A stretch of 64,000 nt of DNA, taken from the NCBI GenBank assembly GCA_910584255.1, contig CAJTXV010000006.1:1280-65279 (forward strand), given 5' to 3'. Both the position numbers and the translations under genes were made by a program. A model generated the notes under the pieces. The model was not told the DNA's origin. It did not search any database and was given only the letters and a program-made list of their open reading frames with translations. The DNA comes from an uncultured Bacilli bacterium (GTDB lineage Bacteria > Bacillota_I > Bacilli_A > RF39 > UBA660). Below, piece by piece: positions 9,106 through 18,750 of this stretch (position 1 is the stretch's first letter; every line of letters begins with the position of its first letter).

Positions 9106-10670
9106 AAGTGTGGAGATTCTAAAAACAAACCCTTATGAAACTAAAAAAACGGTTAAAAACCTATAAAATGCTTTACAATTGAGTTGTCTAAAAACAATAG
9201 AAAGCGAGGTTTTAGCCGTATGAAAATTATACCACTTATTAATGAAATCACTAATAGTTTCAATGAAATTTTTAAGAATAATTTAAATCCACTTAACTTC
9301 GAAAGCAAAATTCGAGATGTTGGAGATGTATTTACTTTAAAATTATATGAATCCTTTCTTAATTATTTTGATGACTAGTTTAAAAGGAAAAAAGTAAGAA
9401 AAGGTCAGTATAATATCAAAGAAACCAGAAAAAGAGTTTTAATAACCTCAGTTGGTACTATAACTATAAATTCAACTTCCTATATTGATAAAAAAACAAA
9501 AGAGTATTATGTTCCGTTAAGGGATATTCTTCATTTAAGCCCTTATCAAAGATTAACTAATGAAGCAGAATATCAATTAATTAAATATGTCATGGACGAA
9601 AATATGAGTCCATCTGCTCGTTATGCTTTAACAAACACCATTATATCTTGTAGTACTGTCTCTAAAAAAATTGGCAAATTAGATAGTACTGTTAGTGATG
9701 TCATTACTAGATGTGAAAATCAACCTGATGTTTTATATATTGAAGTGGATGAAATTCATGCTAATCTTCAACATTGTTCATGAAGGGTATGAGGAAACAT
9801 TTGTTAAAAGAAAAAAACTTAAAAATATTCGTTACTTTGCTTCTTCTAAACTAGCATATGAAAATCTTGGGAAAGTTATCTTTGACTATGTTGATAAAAG
9901 ATATGATATTGATAAATTTAAGATTATATTTGTGTCTGGTGATGGTGATACTGGTATTAAAAATTATGTGAATTGTTTTCTGAATGTCAAATTTGTTCTT
10001 GATCCTTTTCACTATATCCAAAAACATATGAATTATATTTTTAAAGAGGATATAATTTCAAGAAATATCGCTGATGATTATATTAGAAATCACTTAATAG
10101 ATAACTTTAAAGAACTAGTAAACTATCAAATAAAAAAATATCCTGAACAAGAAAAGTATATGGAAGAACATATGAATTACATTATTAATAACATACAAGG
10201 AATCAAAAAGATCCATTATATAAATACCATTGTTCTATGGAGGGACATGTTAATCAAGGATTCGCCAGATATATTACTTCTTCCCCTTATGGATTCTCTG
10301 AACAAGGGCTAGAAAATAAACTTAAATTATTAGTTTATCATGCCAACAAGCATGACTTAACTATTGAAGACTATTGCAACTTGAAATATGGAAATAACTC
10401 TTATAAAGATATAAATATCAGGATTAGGAAATTATGTAATATAAAATATGATCAAAAATTAACTTTCAATCATTCTTTAGAATATAAAATAAATACTAAT
10501 TTACTAATTCTAGACTCTGTTTCTGAAAATAACAGATTAAGGGCGATAACTTCTATGAGGCAAGAAATTTATGTAATATAAAAGGGATAGATATTGACTA
10601 TCTACACCTTCTAACTTACAATTAGTTTAAATTATAAATCTTATTTCTTAGGTTAAAAATCTCCACACTT
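9106..10670 (+). mobile_element. Decayed ISLre2-family (UPF0236-type) insertion sequence with 13-bp perfect terminal inverted repeats
   Basis: AAGTGTGGAGATT at 9106-9118 and its exact reverse complement AATCTCCACACTT at 10658-10670 bracket the broken transposase frames. No clear target-site duplication seen. Confidence 0.6.
9184..10581 (+). pseudogene. ISLre2/UPF0236-family transposase, broken into at least four frames
   Basis: ORF-track pieces 9184-9378, 9592-9783, 9695-10312 and 10237-10581, plus an untracked stretch (KGQYNIKETRKRVLITSVGTITINSTSYIDKKTKEYYVPLRDILHL), read consecutively like one UPF0236 transposase. Matching elements are ...LYIEVDEIHANLQ..., ...FVSGDGDTGIKNYVNCF...FVLDPFHY... 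A stop lies at 9379 and there are frame changes near 9780 and 10240-10310. Confidence 0.6.
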
Positions 10671-10703
10671 ATTCTACACTAACTTATTATTTTATTTTAT
10701 GCA

Positions 10704-10731
10704 ACAAAAAGACTAAGATGATTCTAGTCTT
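10704..10731 (-). terminator. Rho-independent terminator after the SDR gene
   Basis: Minus strand: aagacta-gaatcatc-ttagtctt followed by TTTGTTG, directly 3' of the stop at 10737. Confidence 0.5.
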
Positions 10732-10736
10732 AACAC

Positions 10737-11621
10737 CTAACTGTTCGCTTCTTTTGATAGTTCTTCAATAGACTTTTGATTTGCTTGTAGTAATGCTCCG
10801 CTCGTCCAAGAAGAAGTCAGTCCATAGTCAATATAGATTAATTGTCCTGACATATAAGAACAAATATCACTACCAATTACTACCATTGGATATCCCATAT
10901 CTTGAGGAGAAGCTGCATAACCATTCCAACTTTTTAGGAAGATATTAGAAATCATTTCCTCCCCTTCTTTCACATCTCCCTTTGGACTCGTAGATTTGTT
11001 AAAGTCTTCGGTTAATCCTGTAGTTGTGTCTCCAGGATTAATGGCATTCATCCTAATCTTTCGTCCAATAAATTCCTTAGACATACATTTATAAGTTACA
11101 TAAGACTCTAAACATTGTTTTGCAAATACATAGGCATTTTGAATCAAATCAGGATGTTCTTCGTACCACTTCATAGCATCTTCCCAAGTAGGCTGATTAA
11201 TTAATTCAACTGCTTGACTATATACTTGTTGCCATCCAAATCCCCCAACAGATGAAATATAAGTAATAGACCCATGATCTGATATTCTTTCCAATAACTG
11301 TTCAGTCATATATTTTTGACTATAGAAATTTACCTTTTGAACTAGTAACTCTTTTCCAGGAAAATAAGCAATTCCGTGGCATAAGAATAAAGCATCAATT
11401 TTTTGTGGTAGTTCGCTTATTACTGCGTCTATTTCTTCTTTCTTACTTAAATCTACTTGAAATTTTCTTTTTACAGGTAAATCGATTGGGTTAATATCAA
11501 TCGCATAAACTTCTGCGCCAAGTGCTAATAATAACTCTGTTCCTGCCTTGCTCATTCCTGAAGCTGCTCCAGTAATTACAACTGTTTTTCCCTCGTATCC
11601 AAATAATTTTTTTAAATCCAT
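10737..11621 (-). CDS. Short-chain dehydrogenase/reductase (SDR) family oxidoreductase
   Basis: 294 aa with the N-terminal Rossmann motif KTVVITGAASGMSKA. SDR-like length and alternating pattern. Confidence 0.8.
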   Translation of the reverse strand: MDLKKLFGYEGKTVVITGAASGMSKAGTELLLALGAEVYAIDINPIDLPVKRKFQVDLSKKEEIDAVISELPQKIDALFLCHGIAYFPGKELLVQKVNFYSQKYMTEQLLERISDHGSITYISSVGGFGWQQVYSQAVELINQPTWEDAMKWYEEHPDLIQNAYVFAKQCLESYVTYKCMSKEFIGRKIRMNAINPGDTTTGLTEDFNKSTSPKGDVKEGEEMISNIFLKSWNGYAASPQDMGYPMVVIGSDICSYMSGQLIYIDYGLTSSWTSGALLQANQKSIEELSKEANS

Positions 11622-11776
11622 AATTTTCCTCCTTGATTATTTGTTATTTATAGTGTAACACAAAGTACTCTTATCGATTAAAATTTACTGTACTTTTAAA
11701 GTAAAGTTTGTAAACTATTCGTAATTTTCATAAAAGATTCATGGGTCAAGAAAAAGAATGAAATTTTTTTATTATT

Positions 11777-12685
11777 TCACTCTTGATAAAAGTTTAAAAT
11801 ATCTTGGTATACCTTTTTAGATTCCTTTTCATTTAAAATCTCATGTCTCATATTTTGATAGTCTTTTCTTTCAATCGACTGAAAGGAAGCATTTACCAAT
11901 ATTTGATAAGAATCGTTTGCTCCCTTTGCTCCTCCAGTGCATGGATCATCTAGTCCTCTTAGTAGTAATAATTGCATTTTCTTATTTACATTTTGATATC
12001 GTTTTACCTGATGCATCAAAACTACAAGATGAAACAAATCATTAAAAGCACTACAAGTAAAGCCAATCCCACAATAAGGATCTTCCAAATATGATTTTAT
12101 ATTTTCTTGATTTACACTGATCCAATCAAAATCTGTCTTAGGATTTTTCACCTTTTTATTAAAGGAACCAATACTTAAGGAACTTAGAAGCTTTGATTTG
12201 TATTTAGGCCCACGAAACAATCGAATGATATTAGATACAAATATTCCAGGATAAGCACCCATTTGATAGTTTGGATATCCTGATAAAACAACTTTCTCGT
12301 AATGATTTGAGTTTTCTTGTAGTAAGACTCTTGTAATAATAGTTCCCATGGAATGTGCAAATAGATAAATTGGTAAGTTCTTAAATTTTTTCTCGATAAA
12401 AGAGGTGATTATTTTTTGATCTTCAATTAACTCCAAATACCCTTTCTTATCTTTAAAGTATCCTAAATCTTTCGCACTTTTTCCATGCCCTCTCATATCA
12501 GAACTAACTACTGTGAAATCATTTTGATTTAAAAATTTGATGAATGGCTCATATCGTTCCTGATGTTCTTCCATCCCATGAATCATTTGTACTACTGCAT
12601 TTGCATTTTTTACTTCAAAAATGTGAACATCTAATAAATATCCATCTCTTGCTTTTAGAAATTCTTTTTTCATTTTATGCACCAC
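11777..12685 (-). CDS. Alpha/beta hydrolase (lysophospholipase / monoacylglycerol-lipase-like)
   Basis: HGMEEH oxyanion region, nucleophile elbow AHSMGT and a C-terminal ...MRHE... His. The likely true start is MKKEF at 12673, which has GGTGGTG upstream. Confidence 0.8.
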   Translation of the reverse strand: MVHKMKKEFLKARDGYLLDVHIFEVKNANAVVQMIHGMEEHQERYEPFIKFLNQNDFTVVSSDMRGHGKSAKDLGYFKDKKGYLELIEDQKIITSFIEKKFKNLPIYLFAHSMGTIITRVLLQENSNHYEKVVLSGYPNYQMGAYPGIFVSNIIRLFRGPKYKSKLLSSLSIGSFNKKVKNPKTDFDWISVNQENIKSYLEDPYCGIGFTCSAFNDLFHLVVLMHQVKRYQNVNKKMQLLLLRGLDDPCTGGAKGANDSYQILVNASFQSIERKDYQNMRHEILNEKESKKVYQDILNFYQE

Positions 12686-12696
12686 CTAACTTTAAA

Positions 12697-13293
12697 CTAT
12701 AATCTTTTTACCATTTCTACAATGGCTCTTCCTCGGTGAGATACACTATTTTTTTCTTCTTCAGTTGCTTCTCCAAAAGTTTTTTCTAAATCGTTCGAAT
12801 AGAAAATACAGTCATATCCAAAATCTTTATTGCCAATCTCCTCGTCTGTAATTCTACCATATGTTTTTCCTACAAATGATTGATAGTTTCCATCTGGGTA
12901 ATATACTACGATTGTACATATAAAATAGGCATCCCTTTTCTTATTTTTTAATTCCTGCTGAAGCTTATCCCGATTCCCTTGATCATTTCCATGAACTCCC
13001 ATATATCTTGCACTATAAACTCCTGGAGCCCCATCTAAGGAATCGACACATAGACCACTATCTTCTGCGACTATTAAGTAATTTAAATTTTGTTTTTTTA
13101 AATAATCATGAATTGTCTTTGCTTTAATCAACGCATTTTCTAGAAAAGTTTCTCCTGTTTCTTCAATTTCTTCATAATATCCAATATCATTTAGAGTAAG
13201 AATTTTATAGTCTGTTAAAATTTCTTTAAATTCTTTTAATTTATGTTGATTATTGGATGCAAGTACTATAGTTTTAGATTCCATTGCTTTCAC
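12697..13293 (-). CDS. rdgB: RdgB/HAM1 non-canonical purine NTP pyrophosphatase (dITP/XTP diphosphatase)
   Basis: TIVLASNNQHKLKEFKEIL...ETGETFLENALIKA...EDSGLCVDSLDGAPGVYSARY...GYDCIF...SHRGRA are family hallmarks. The likely start is MESK at 13284. Confidence 0.85.
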   Translation of the reverse strand: MKAMESKTIVLASNNQHKLKEFKEILTDYKILTLNDIGYYEEIEETGETFLENALIKAKTIHDYLKKQNLNYLIVAEDSGLCVDSLDGAPGVYSARYMGVHGNDQGNRDKLQQELKNKKRDAYFICTIVVYYPDGNYQSFVGKTYGRITDEEIGNKDFGYDCIFYSNDLEKTFGEATEEEKNSVSHRGRAIVEMVKRL

Positions 13294-13365
13294 CTCTTTT
13301 TTTAATTATATAAAATTTGTCCCATCTCGTATAGAAATTTATTAAAAAATCATAAAAAAGAAGAG

Positions 13366-14169
13366 TTAATTTCTATTTCTCTCTTCTTCTATTAAATATT
13401 CTAAATTTCCCTGAATTTCTTCTCCCTGCAATATTTTTAAAGGATTTTCTCTTGTTAGTTCTTCTAATTTCTTTTTTCCAACTATTCTTTTCAGCTTCTT
13501 TAAAGATTTTCTTAATCCTTTTTTCTTCTCTACATAATGAGTATCTGTTGCTACAAACTCTACTAAATCATTCTTTAAAAGCCATTTCATGAGTTTTTTA
13601 GCTTTTTTTCCATATTTTCCTGTAATACTATCTATATTACATTGTAGTAGGCATCCAAACTCTAAGAGTTCTTTGACTCTTTCTTTATTTTTTTGAAGAA
13701 AATGATATCGTTCTGGATGTGCAATAATTGGAACTATTCCAGAATCAAATAGTTTACATAAAGTATTTGGTAAATTATTTAGGTATCCTGTTAAAGGAAG
13801 TTCTACTAACATATACTGTGTATCATTTAACGTAACAATTTCTTCTTTTTCTAATAAGTCAAGAATATCTTCTGTTAAGTAAACTTCGTTTCCTAAGTAT
13901 AGATTGATTCCCATATTAGAAGATGCTTTTTTGAGTTCTTCAAAGATATTTTCTCTTTCCTTTTTATTAGAAGTATAACTTGTATTTTTAATATAGTGAG
14001 ATGTTAATACTATATCTGTAATTCCAACTTTTTTTAAGTACTCAATAATTTCTAGACTCTCATCCATTGTCTTTGCACCATCATCAACGCTTGGTAACAC
14101 ATGGGTATGAATATCAATTATTTTATCCATAGTAATGTCCATAGTATTTCTTAGAACTTGCATTTGCAC
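13366..14169 (-). CDS. cpsB: Capsule tyrosine-protein phosphatase, PHP family (CpsB/YwqE-type)
   Basis: IDIHTHVLPSVDDGA...LTSHY...IIAHPERY...ATDTH metal-ligand motifs. The real start is probably MDKIIDIH (14130) or MDITMDK (14142), slightly overlapping the upstream kinase gene. Confidence 0.85.
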   Translation of the reverse strand: MQMQVLRNTMDITMDKIIDIHTHVLPSVDDGAKTMDESLEIIEYLKKVGITDIVLTSHYIKNTSYTSNKKERENIFEELKKASSNMGINLYLGNEVYLTEDILDLLEKEEIVTLNDTQYMLVELPLTGYLNNLPNTLCKLFDSGIVPIIAHPERYHFLQKNKERVKELLEFGCLLQCNIDSITGKYGKKAKKLMKWLLKNDLVEFVATDTHYVEKKKGLRKSLKKLKRIVGKKKLEELTRENPLKILQGEEIQGNLEYLIEEERNRN

Positions 14170-14794
14170 GATTTAATACAGTTCCTAAGATATTGGCATT
14201 TACGTTTTCTAAGCTTTTTTTCGTTGTTTTTAGTAAAGATGCTGGTGTTTCTTTATGCACACTTACAATTACTACCCCATCTACCAAAGTACTCATAATC
14301 AATGAGTCAGTTAAACCACCATTGACAGGTGCAGAATCGAAGATTATTAAGTCGTAAGATTCTTTTAGAATTTCAATTAATTCTTTATTTTTAGCAGAGC
14401 CTAATAATTCAGATGGATTCGGTGGTGTTACCCCACGAAACATAACAGAAAGATTTTTAATCTTTGTTTCCATAATATATTCTTGATATTTTTCTCTTAC
14501 GTTCTCAAGTAATAGATTCGATAATCCTTTATGATTATGAGAATCAAAAATATAATGTTGACGTCCTTTTCTTATATCACAGTCTACTAATAAGACCCTA
14601 GTTCCACTTTGTGCAAAGGCTACCGCTAAATTGGCTGCAATAAAACTTTTTCCCTCTCCTGGTACACTACTTGTAATTAAAATTGTACGTAATTTTTTAT
14701 CTACAGAGGCAAATTGCAAATTGGTTCTTAGTGTACGAATTGTTTCACTAATAATAGATTTTGGATCGTTATTTAATACTAACTCTTTATACAT
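14123..14794 (-). CDS. cpsD: BY-kinase catalytic subunit (CpsD/YwqD-type tyrosine-protein kinase)
   Basis: Walker A SSVPGEGKS, Walker A' VLLVDCDIR and Walker B LIIFDSAP, with a Tyr-containing C-terminal tail KKYYGHYYG. Start set at MYKELV (14794), preceded by AAGGGAGGGG. The ORF-track start at 14857 would overlap cpsC. Confidence 0.85.
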   Translation of the reverse strand: MYKELVLNNDPKSIISETIRTLRTNLQFASVDKKLRTILITSSVPGEGKSFIAANLAVAFAQSGTRVLLVDCDIRKGRQHYIFDSHNHKGLSNLLLENVREKYQEYIMETKIKNLSVMFRGVTPPNPSELLGSAKNKELIEILKESYDLIIFDSAPVNGGLTDSLIMSTLVDGVVIVSVHKETPASLLKTTKKSLENVNANILGTVLNRANASSKKYYGHYYG

Positions 14795-14807
14795 TTGAAC
14801 CCCTCCC

Positions 14808-15491
14808 TTATTTTCTCTTTCTTTTTCCTTTATATTTTGGTACTGTAGCAAGTACACTTAGTCCAATCTTTTCTTCGATATCTTCTGGCTTTTTAATAGA
14901 ATCATCCAAGTAGAAACAAATAGTAATAATCATACTAGCAAGTAAAAATCCTGCCCCAATTCCTATTACATACTGTTTCACAATATTTACATTATATGGT
15001 TCTCTTGCTTCTACAGCCTCATCGACAATACTAATATTTTCAATATTGTAAATACTTGTAATTTCTGCTTTAAATACTTTAGCAATTTCATTTGCAATAT
15101 TTCTGGCAATTCGCCCATGCTCATCTGTAACTGAAATGATAATTAATTCGGTATCATTCGCACTCGTTACACTAATTCTGCTACCAAGCTCTTTTTCTGT
15201 CATATCCAAGTTTAAGTTTTCAATTACCCTTGATAATATTCTTCGACTCTTGATAATCTCACGATAAGTAGATACTAAGTTTTTATTTAAAGAGATATCA
15301 TTTTGTGTAATTGTCGAATTAGAATTATTAGAACGTGTTAATACTAAGCTAGTCTGTGACTTATACATTGGTACTTGAATATTCTCATTGTAGTAAATAG
15401 ACGCAACTGTTCCAATTAATACAAATAAAATGACAATAATAAATTTACTGAAATAATATTTAATAAATTCCGAAATATTAAATTCTTCCAT
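14808..15491 (-). CDS. cpsC: Wzz/CpsC-type chain-length determinant (BY-kinase transmembrane modulator)
   Basis: 227 aa with N- and C-terminal TM helices around a ~150-aa extracytoplasmic domain (...YKSQTSLVLT...LVSTYREIIKSRRIL...). It directly precedes cpsD. Confidence 0.8.
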   Translation of the reverse strand: MEEFNISEFIKYYFSKFIIVILFVLIGTVASIYYNENIQVPMYKSQTSLVLTRSNNSNSTITQNDISLNKNLVSTYREIIKSRRILSRVIENLNLDMTEKELGSRISVTSANDTELIIISVTDEHGRIARNIANEIAKVFKAEITSIYNIENISIVDEAVEAREPYNVNIVKQYVIGIGAGFLLASMIITICFYLDDSIKKPEDIEEKIGLSVLATVPKYKGKRKRK

Positions 15492-15517
15492 ACTTCCACC
15501 CCTTCATAATGGCTCAT

Positions 15518-15546
15518 ATTATACTACAAAATGAACAAAAATGCAA
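15518..15546 (-). promoter_or_regulatory. Sigma-70-type promoter for cpsC-cpsD-cpsB
   Basis: Minus strand: TTGCAT (15546-15541), 17 nt, TATAAT (15523-15518), ~25 nt before the cpsC RBS GAAGGGGTGGAAG. Confidence 0.5.
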
Positions 15547-15576
15547 TCATTTTTTATGAAAATTTTATATATCAAG

Positions 15577-15620
15577 AAAACGGAAAAAGAATGAACCAAT
15601 TGTTTAATTATTCATTCTTT
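15577..15620 (-). terminator. Rho-independent terminator after the 15628-16185 gene
   Basis: Minus strand: aaagaatgaa / ttcattcttt 10-bp stem (15586-15595 / 15611-15620) followed by TTCCGTTTTC. Confidence 0.5.
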
Positions 15621-15627
15621 CATACAA

Positions 15628-16185
15628 TTACTTTTTTAAAACTACTTCTTTCGGAATATCTTTGATTTGAGAGAGGCCTTCTGTGATTTTATAATTTTTA
15701 GGAATTAGAAAGCTTTTCTTTTCAATTGGAATGAAACTACTCCCCAAAGTTGCAGTGCTGATTTTTTCTTGATCTAAAAAATCAGTCATAGAATGAAATT
15801 CAATGATTGGTTGAATCCTTTCTCCCAGGGTATTCTCTTTTGTAGTTTGAAAAACAGTTGCGGTGTATACAATTAATTGATTGTCTTTTACAATCCATTT
15901 GGCAAAATTCGTAGTTACTTCTACATTATAAGTTTCTTGCCTCCCAAAATTTTCTTTCCAAAATGATTGAAAGTTATATTCATGTCGTATGACTTCTACA
16001 ATTGTTACACTCTTTTTGTCTAAATCTAGTTTTGCCTCTATCGAATGTTCAAAATTTTCATCATTTCTATGTTCTTTCCCATAAAAAAGAAGAGATTCTG
16101 TTTCTTTTTGATAGAAAACATCCAAATTATCAACGGACATTCCTACTTTTTCTATAAATTCTATGATTGCTAAGATATGATTCAT
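15628..16185 (-). CDS. Hypothetical cytoplasmic protein (185 aa)
   Basis: Clean ORF with RBS; no motif recognised. Confidence 0.5.
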   Translation of the reverse strand: MNHILAIIEFIEKVGMSVDNLDVFYQKETESLLFYGKEHRNDENFEHSIEAKLDLDKKSVTIVEVIRHEYNFQSFWKENFGRQETYNVEVTTNFAKWIVKDNQLIVYTATVFQTTKENTLGERIQPIIEFHSMTDFLDQEKISTATLGSSFIPIEKKSFLIPKNYKITEGLSQIKDIPKEVVLKK

Positions 16186-16245
16186 AATTTTCTCCCCTTT
16201 TTTACACTTCTTAGTATTCTATGATATGAATCATATTTTGTTCCA

Positions 16246-16836
16246 TTAATTTTTTATTACTTTCTTGATTTCCTCGATGGTCTTTGTGATTTTCTCTTCT
16301 TGTTCTAAAATATCGTTATACTTTAAACATTCATTAAATTCTTTATGATAAATCATCTTCATCCCACTACTATCGGCAAAACTTCCTAAAGAGGTTAATG
16401 CGCCATCTGTTGAATATTCTTCTTTTTTCTTAGAACCAACAACAAGGGCAATCATCTTTTTTCCCTCTAGTTTTCTGGAAGCATATAATGGATTCAGTCG
16501 ATCCATAAATATTTTTAAATCTCCTGATAATAGATTCCAACGCGTTGGGGTAATAAAAATTAAATATTCTGCTTCTTTTACCTTTTCAACGTTTTCTACC
16601 ATATCGTCTTTAAAATCACAAACACCTGTTTCATCACAATCCATACATCCAGTACATAAATAAATTTTTTGATTCCCTGGAGTGATGGTATCTACCGAAA
16701 TTCTTTCCTTTTTTAAAGCCTGTTTTATTTTCTTTTCTAAAAGAACACAATTCCCTTCTCTTCTAGAACCAATAATTGTTAGTACTCTTGCCATAATATC
16801 ACCATTATTAGTATGGAATAAAAATATTTTTTTCAT
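16246..16836 (-). CDS. Flavodoxin-fold NADPH-dependent FMN reductase / iron-sulfur flavoprotein
   Basis: VLTIIGSRREGN (FMN-binding loop), Cys cluster CTGCMDCDETGVC, and ...TPTRWNLLSG... The start may be MARVL (16794). Confidence 0.65.
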   Translation of the reverse strand: MKKIFLFHTNNGDIMARVLTIIGSRREGNCVLLEKKIKQALKKERISVDTITPGNQKIYLCTGCMDCDETGVCDFKDDMVENVEKVKEAEYLIFITPTRWNLLSGDLKIFMDRLNPLYASRKLEGKKMIALVVGSKKKEEYSTDGALTSLGSFADSSGMKMIYHKEFNECLKYNDILEQEEKITKTIEEIKKVIKN

Positions 16837-16889
16837 GCAATTCAGTGAAAGAAATATATATACCTTTTTCTAAGTGTATTATTATAAAT

Positions 16890-17240
16890 TTAGAGTAAAT
16901 TTGCTAGTAACGCTGTTAAGTTTCCAATATTCCTATGTTTTTTATAGAATACCTTTACATTATATCTTCGATCTTCATGATTTGTATTCTTTGACCTCGA
17001 ATCATAGTATTTATTGTTAGTTAAAATCCAAAAAAATTTTTCTAAAAATTCATCTATATTATTTTTCACTGCTTGGTTTACTTCCTTTGTGCCATTTTTG
17101 CATTTATAAAGTCTTACTAAATCACTATCAAGCATCACTTGTTTTTCCCTTATTTCATATATTAGATTTTCCATTTTTTCTTTTTCTTGTACTAATAATT
17201 CATTCGTCCTTTCATCTGCTTTCTTTACAGTTAAATACAT
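16890..17240 (-). CDS. ORF6N-domain-only protein, diverged and truncated tandem paralogue of the next gene
   Basis: LLVQEKEKMENLIYEIREKQVMLDSDLVRLYKCKNGTKEVNQAVKNNIDEFLEKFFWIL aligns residue-for-residue with LLIQENEKIGNLIYEIRGTQVMLDSDLAKLYECTNGTKDVNKAVNRNIERFPKDFYFQL of 17258-18181. It ends just after the ORF6N domain. Confidence 0.55.
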   Translation of the reverse strand: MYLTVKKADERTNELLVQEKEKMENLIYEIREKQVMLDSDLVRLYKCKNGTKEVNQAVKNNIDEFLEKFFWILTNNKYYDSRSKNTNHEDRRYNVKVFYKKHRNIGNLTALLANLL

Positions 17241-17257
17241 AGTTTTATAATATTTTT

Positions 17258-18181
17258 TTATATAATTTTATTTACTTTTCCAATTAGCATATTACACACA
17301 TCATCGTCATTAATTAAAGTAATGGAAAATGTTTTATAACCAATCCTATTAATACTAGCTCCACAATGATATATAATCTTGTCATCTAAAATAAAGTATC
17401 TATCATGAAATGTATTATCATATATGACTTTTAAATTATGATATTGTTCATTATATTTTAAGACATCTTGGTTCGTAATATAGTTGCTAGATTTCGTAAT
17501 AATCGTTACATCTATATTTAATTTTTTTATAATATCCAATAATGTATTATCAGCATAAGCATCAATTATTATTAACTTTATTTTTACCTCTTTAAATATT
17601 TCCTGGATCTTAGAATAAGCATCAAAGATTTGACCATTAAAATATATTTCATTCACTTTTTTCTTTTCTTCAAATTTTTGAAAAGTATCTTCTAATTGTT
17701 TAATTTTTTTATGATCCTCTAGAACTATATTATTTATATACTTTTGCTCTATTAGATTATTGCTAATATAATGTCTCATTGCTACAAATGCACGCATAAT
17801 TGAAACACTTATTTGTGAAGCAATATTCGTTTTTAATACAGATGCAAGCATAGCCACTCCCTGTTCAGTAAATACATAAGGTAATTTTCTAATACCACCA
17901 TGACTACTAAATCTTGAAGTTCCATTTTGGAACTTCAAATTATCATACTCTTTTTTAGTTAATTGAAAGTAAAAGTCTTTAGGAAATCGTTCAATGTTTC
18001 TGTTAACTGCCTTATTAACATCCTTTGTTCCATTCGTACATTCGTAAAGTTTTGCTAAATCACTATCAAGCATCACTTGCGTTCCTCTTATTTCATATAT
18101 TAAATTTCCTATTTTCTCATTTTCTTGTATTAGTAATTCATTCATCTTTTCATCTACTTTCTTTATAATCAAATACTTCAT
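17258..18181 (-). CDS. ORF6N (KilA-N-related) DNA-binding domain protein with uncharacterised C-terminal domain
   Basis: VMLDSDLAKLYECTNGTKDVNKAVNRNIERFPKDFYFQLTKKEYDNL...LPYVFTEQGVAMLASVL is the ORF6N signature. The C-terminal ~120 aa contain FHDRYFILDDKIIYHCGASINRIGYK. Confidence 0.7.
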   Translation of the reverse strand: MKYLIIKKVDEKMNELLIQENEKIGNLIYEIRGTQVMLDSDLAKLYECTNGTKDVNKAVNRNIERFPKDFYFQLTKKEYDNLKFQNGTSRFSSHGGIRKLPYVFTEQGVAMLASVLKTNIASQISVSIMRAFVAMRHYISNNLIEQKYINNIVLEDHKKIKQLEDTFQKFEEKKKVNEIYFNGQIFDAYSKIQEIFKEVKIKLIIIDAYADNTLLDIIKKLNIDVTIITKSSNYITNQDVLKYNEQYHNLKVIYDNTFHDRYFILDDKIIYHCGASINRIGYKTFSITLINDDDVCNMLIGKVNKII

Positions 18182-18237
18182 TTACATTATACAGAAGAAA
18201 TATTCCAGTCGCCTGAAATTTTCTAAAACAAAAGAAC

Positions 18238-18738
18238 TTAATCATTTTGACTAAGTTCCTTTGTTTTATTAAAGTTTTTTTGTTTTAGAAAGTACAAATA
18301 ACCAATTGATAATACACTTCCACTAGTATCTATTAATACATCTAGAAATTTAGCAGTTCTACCATCAGAGAATAGCTGATGAATCTCATCACTACAAGCA
18401 TAGAGAAAGCAAAAGAGAGTTGCATATAAGAGAATGTTTGACACCCCATACATTTCAAAAATTTTAAATATCAAAACTCCTAGAATAAAGTATTCTGTAA
18501 AATGGGCAGTCTTTCGAACTGTTACTCTCATCTTTTTTACCATATTTGCTTTTTCTAAAGGAGAAATTTCTTTTCCCCTAACTTTTACTACTATATCAAT
18601 CATTTTTGAAGCTATCTTGTCACTCAAAGAAAGACTACTTACAACATTTTGATTAGAAAATCCAAAAATTACAATCATCCAAATCATTAATATAGTAACT
18701 AGTACTTTCCTTTTTGCTTTCACTTCAAACACTTCCAT
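18238..18738 (-). CDS. VanZ-family membrane protein
   Basis: Four TM helices and ...KTAHFTEYFILGVL...DEIHQLFSDGRTAKFLDVLIDTSG..., the VanZ-like motif. Confidence 0.75.
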   Translation of the reverse strand: MEVFEVKAKRKVLVTILMIWMIVIFGFSNQNVVSSLSLSDKIASKMIDIVVKVRGKEISPLEKANMVKKMRVTVRKTAHFTEYFILGVLIFKIFEMYGVSNILLYATLFCFLYACSDEIHQLFSDGRTAKFLDVLIDTSGSVLSIGYLYFLKQKNFNKTKELSQND

Positions 18739-18750
18739 ATCTATACTTAT

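Noticed and set aside
9592-10581. ORF-track entries 9592-9783, 9695-10312 and 10237-10581 as three independent genes.
   Set aside because: Read consecutively, they reconstruct a single UPF0236/ISLre2 transposase. They are fragments of one pseudogene.
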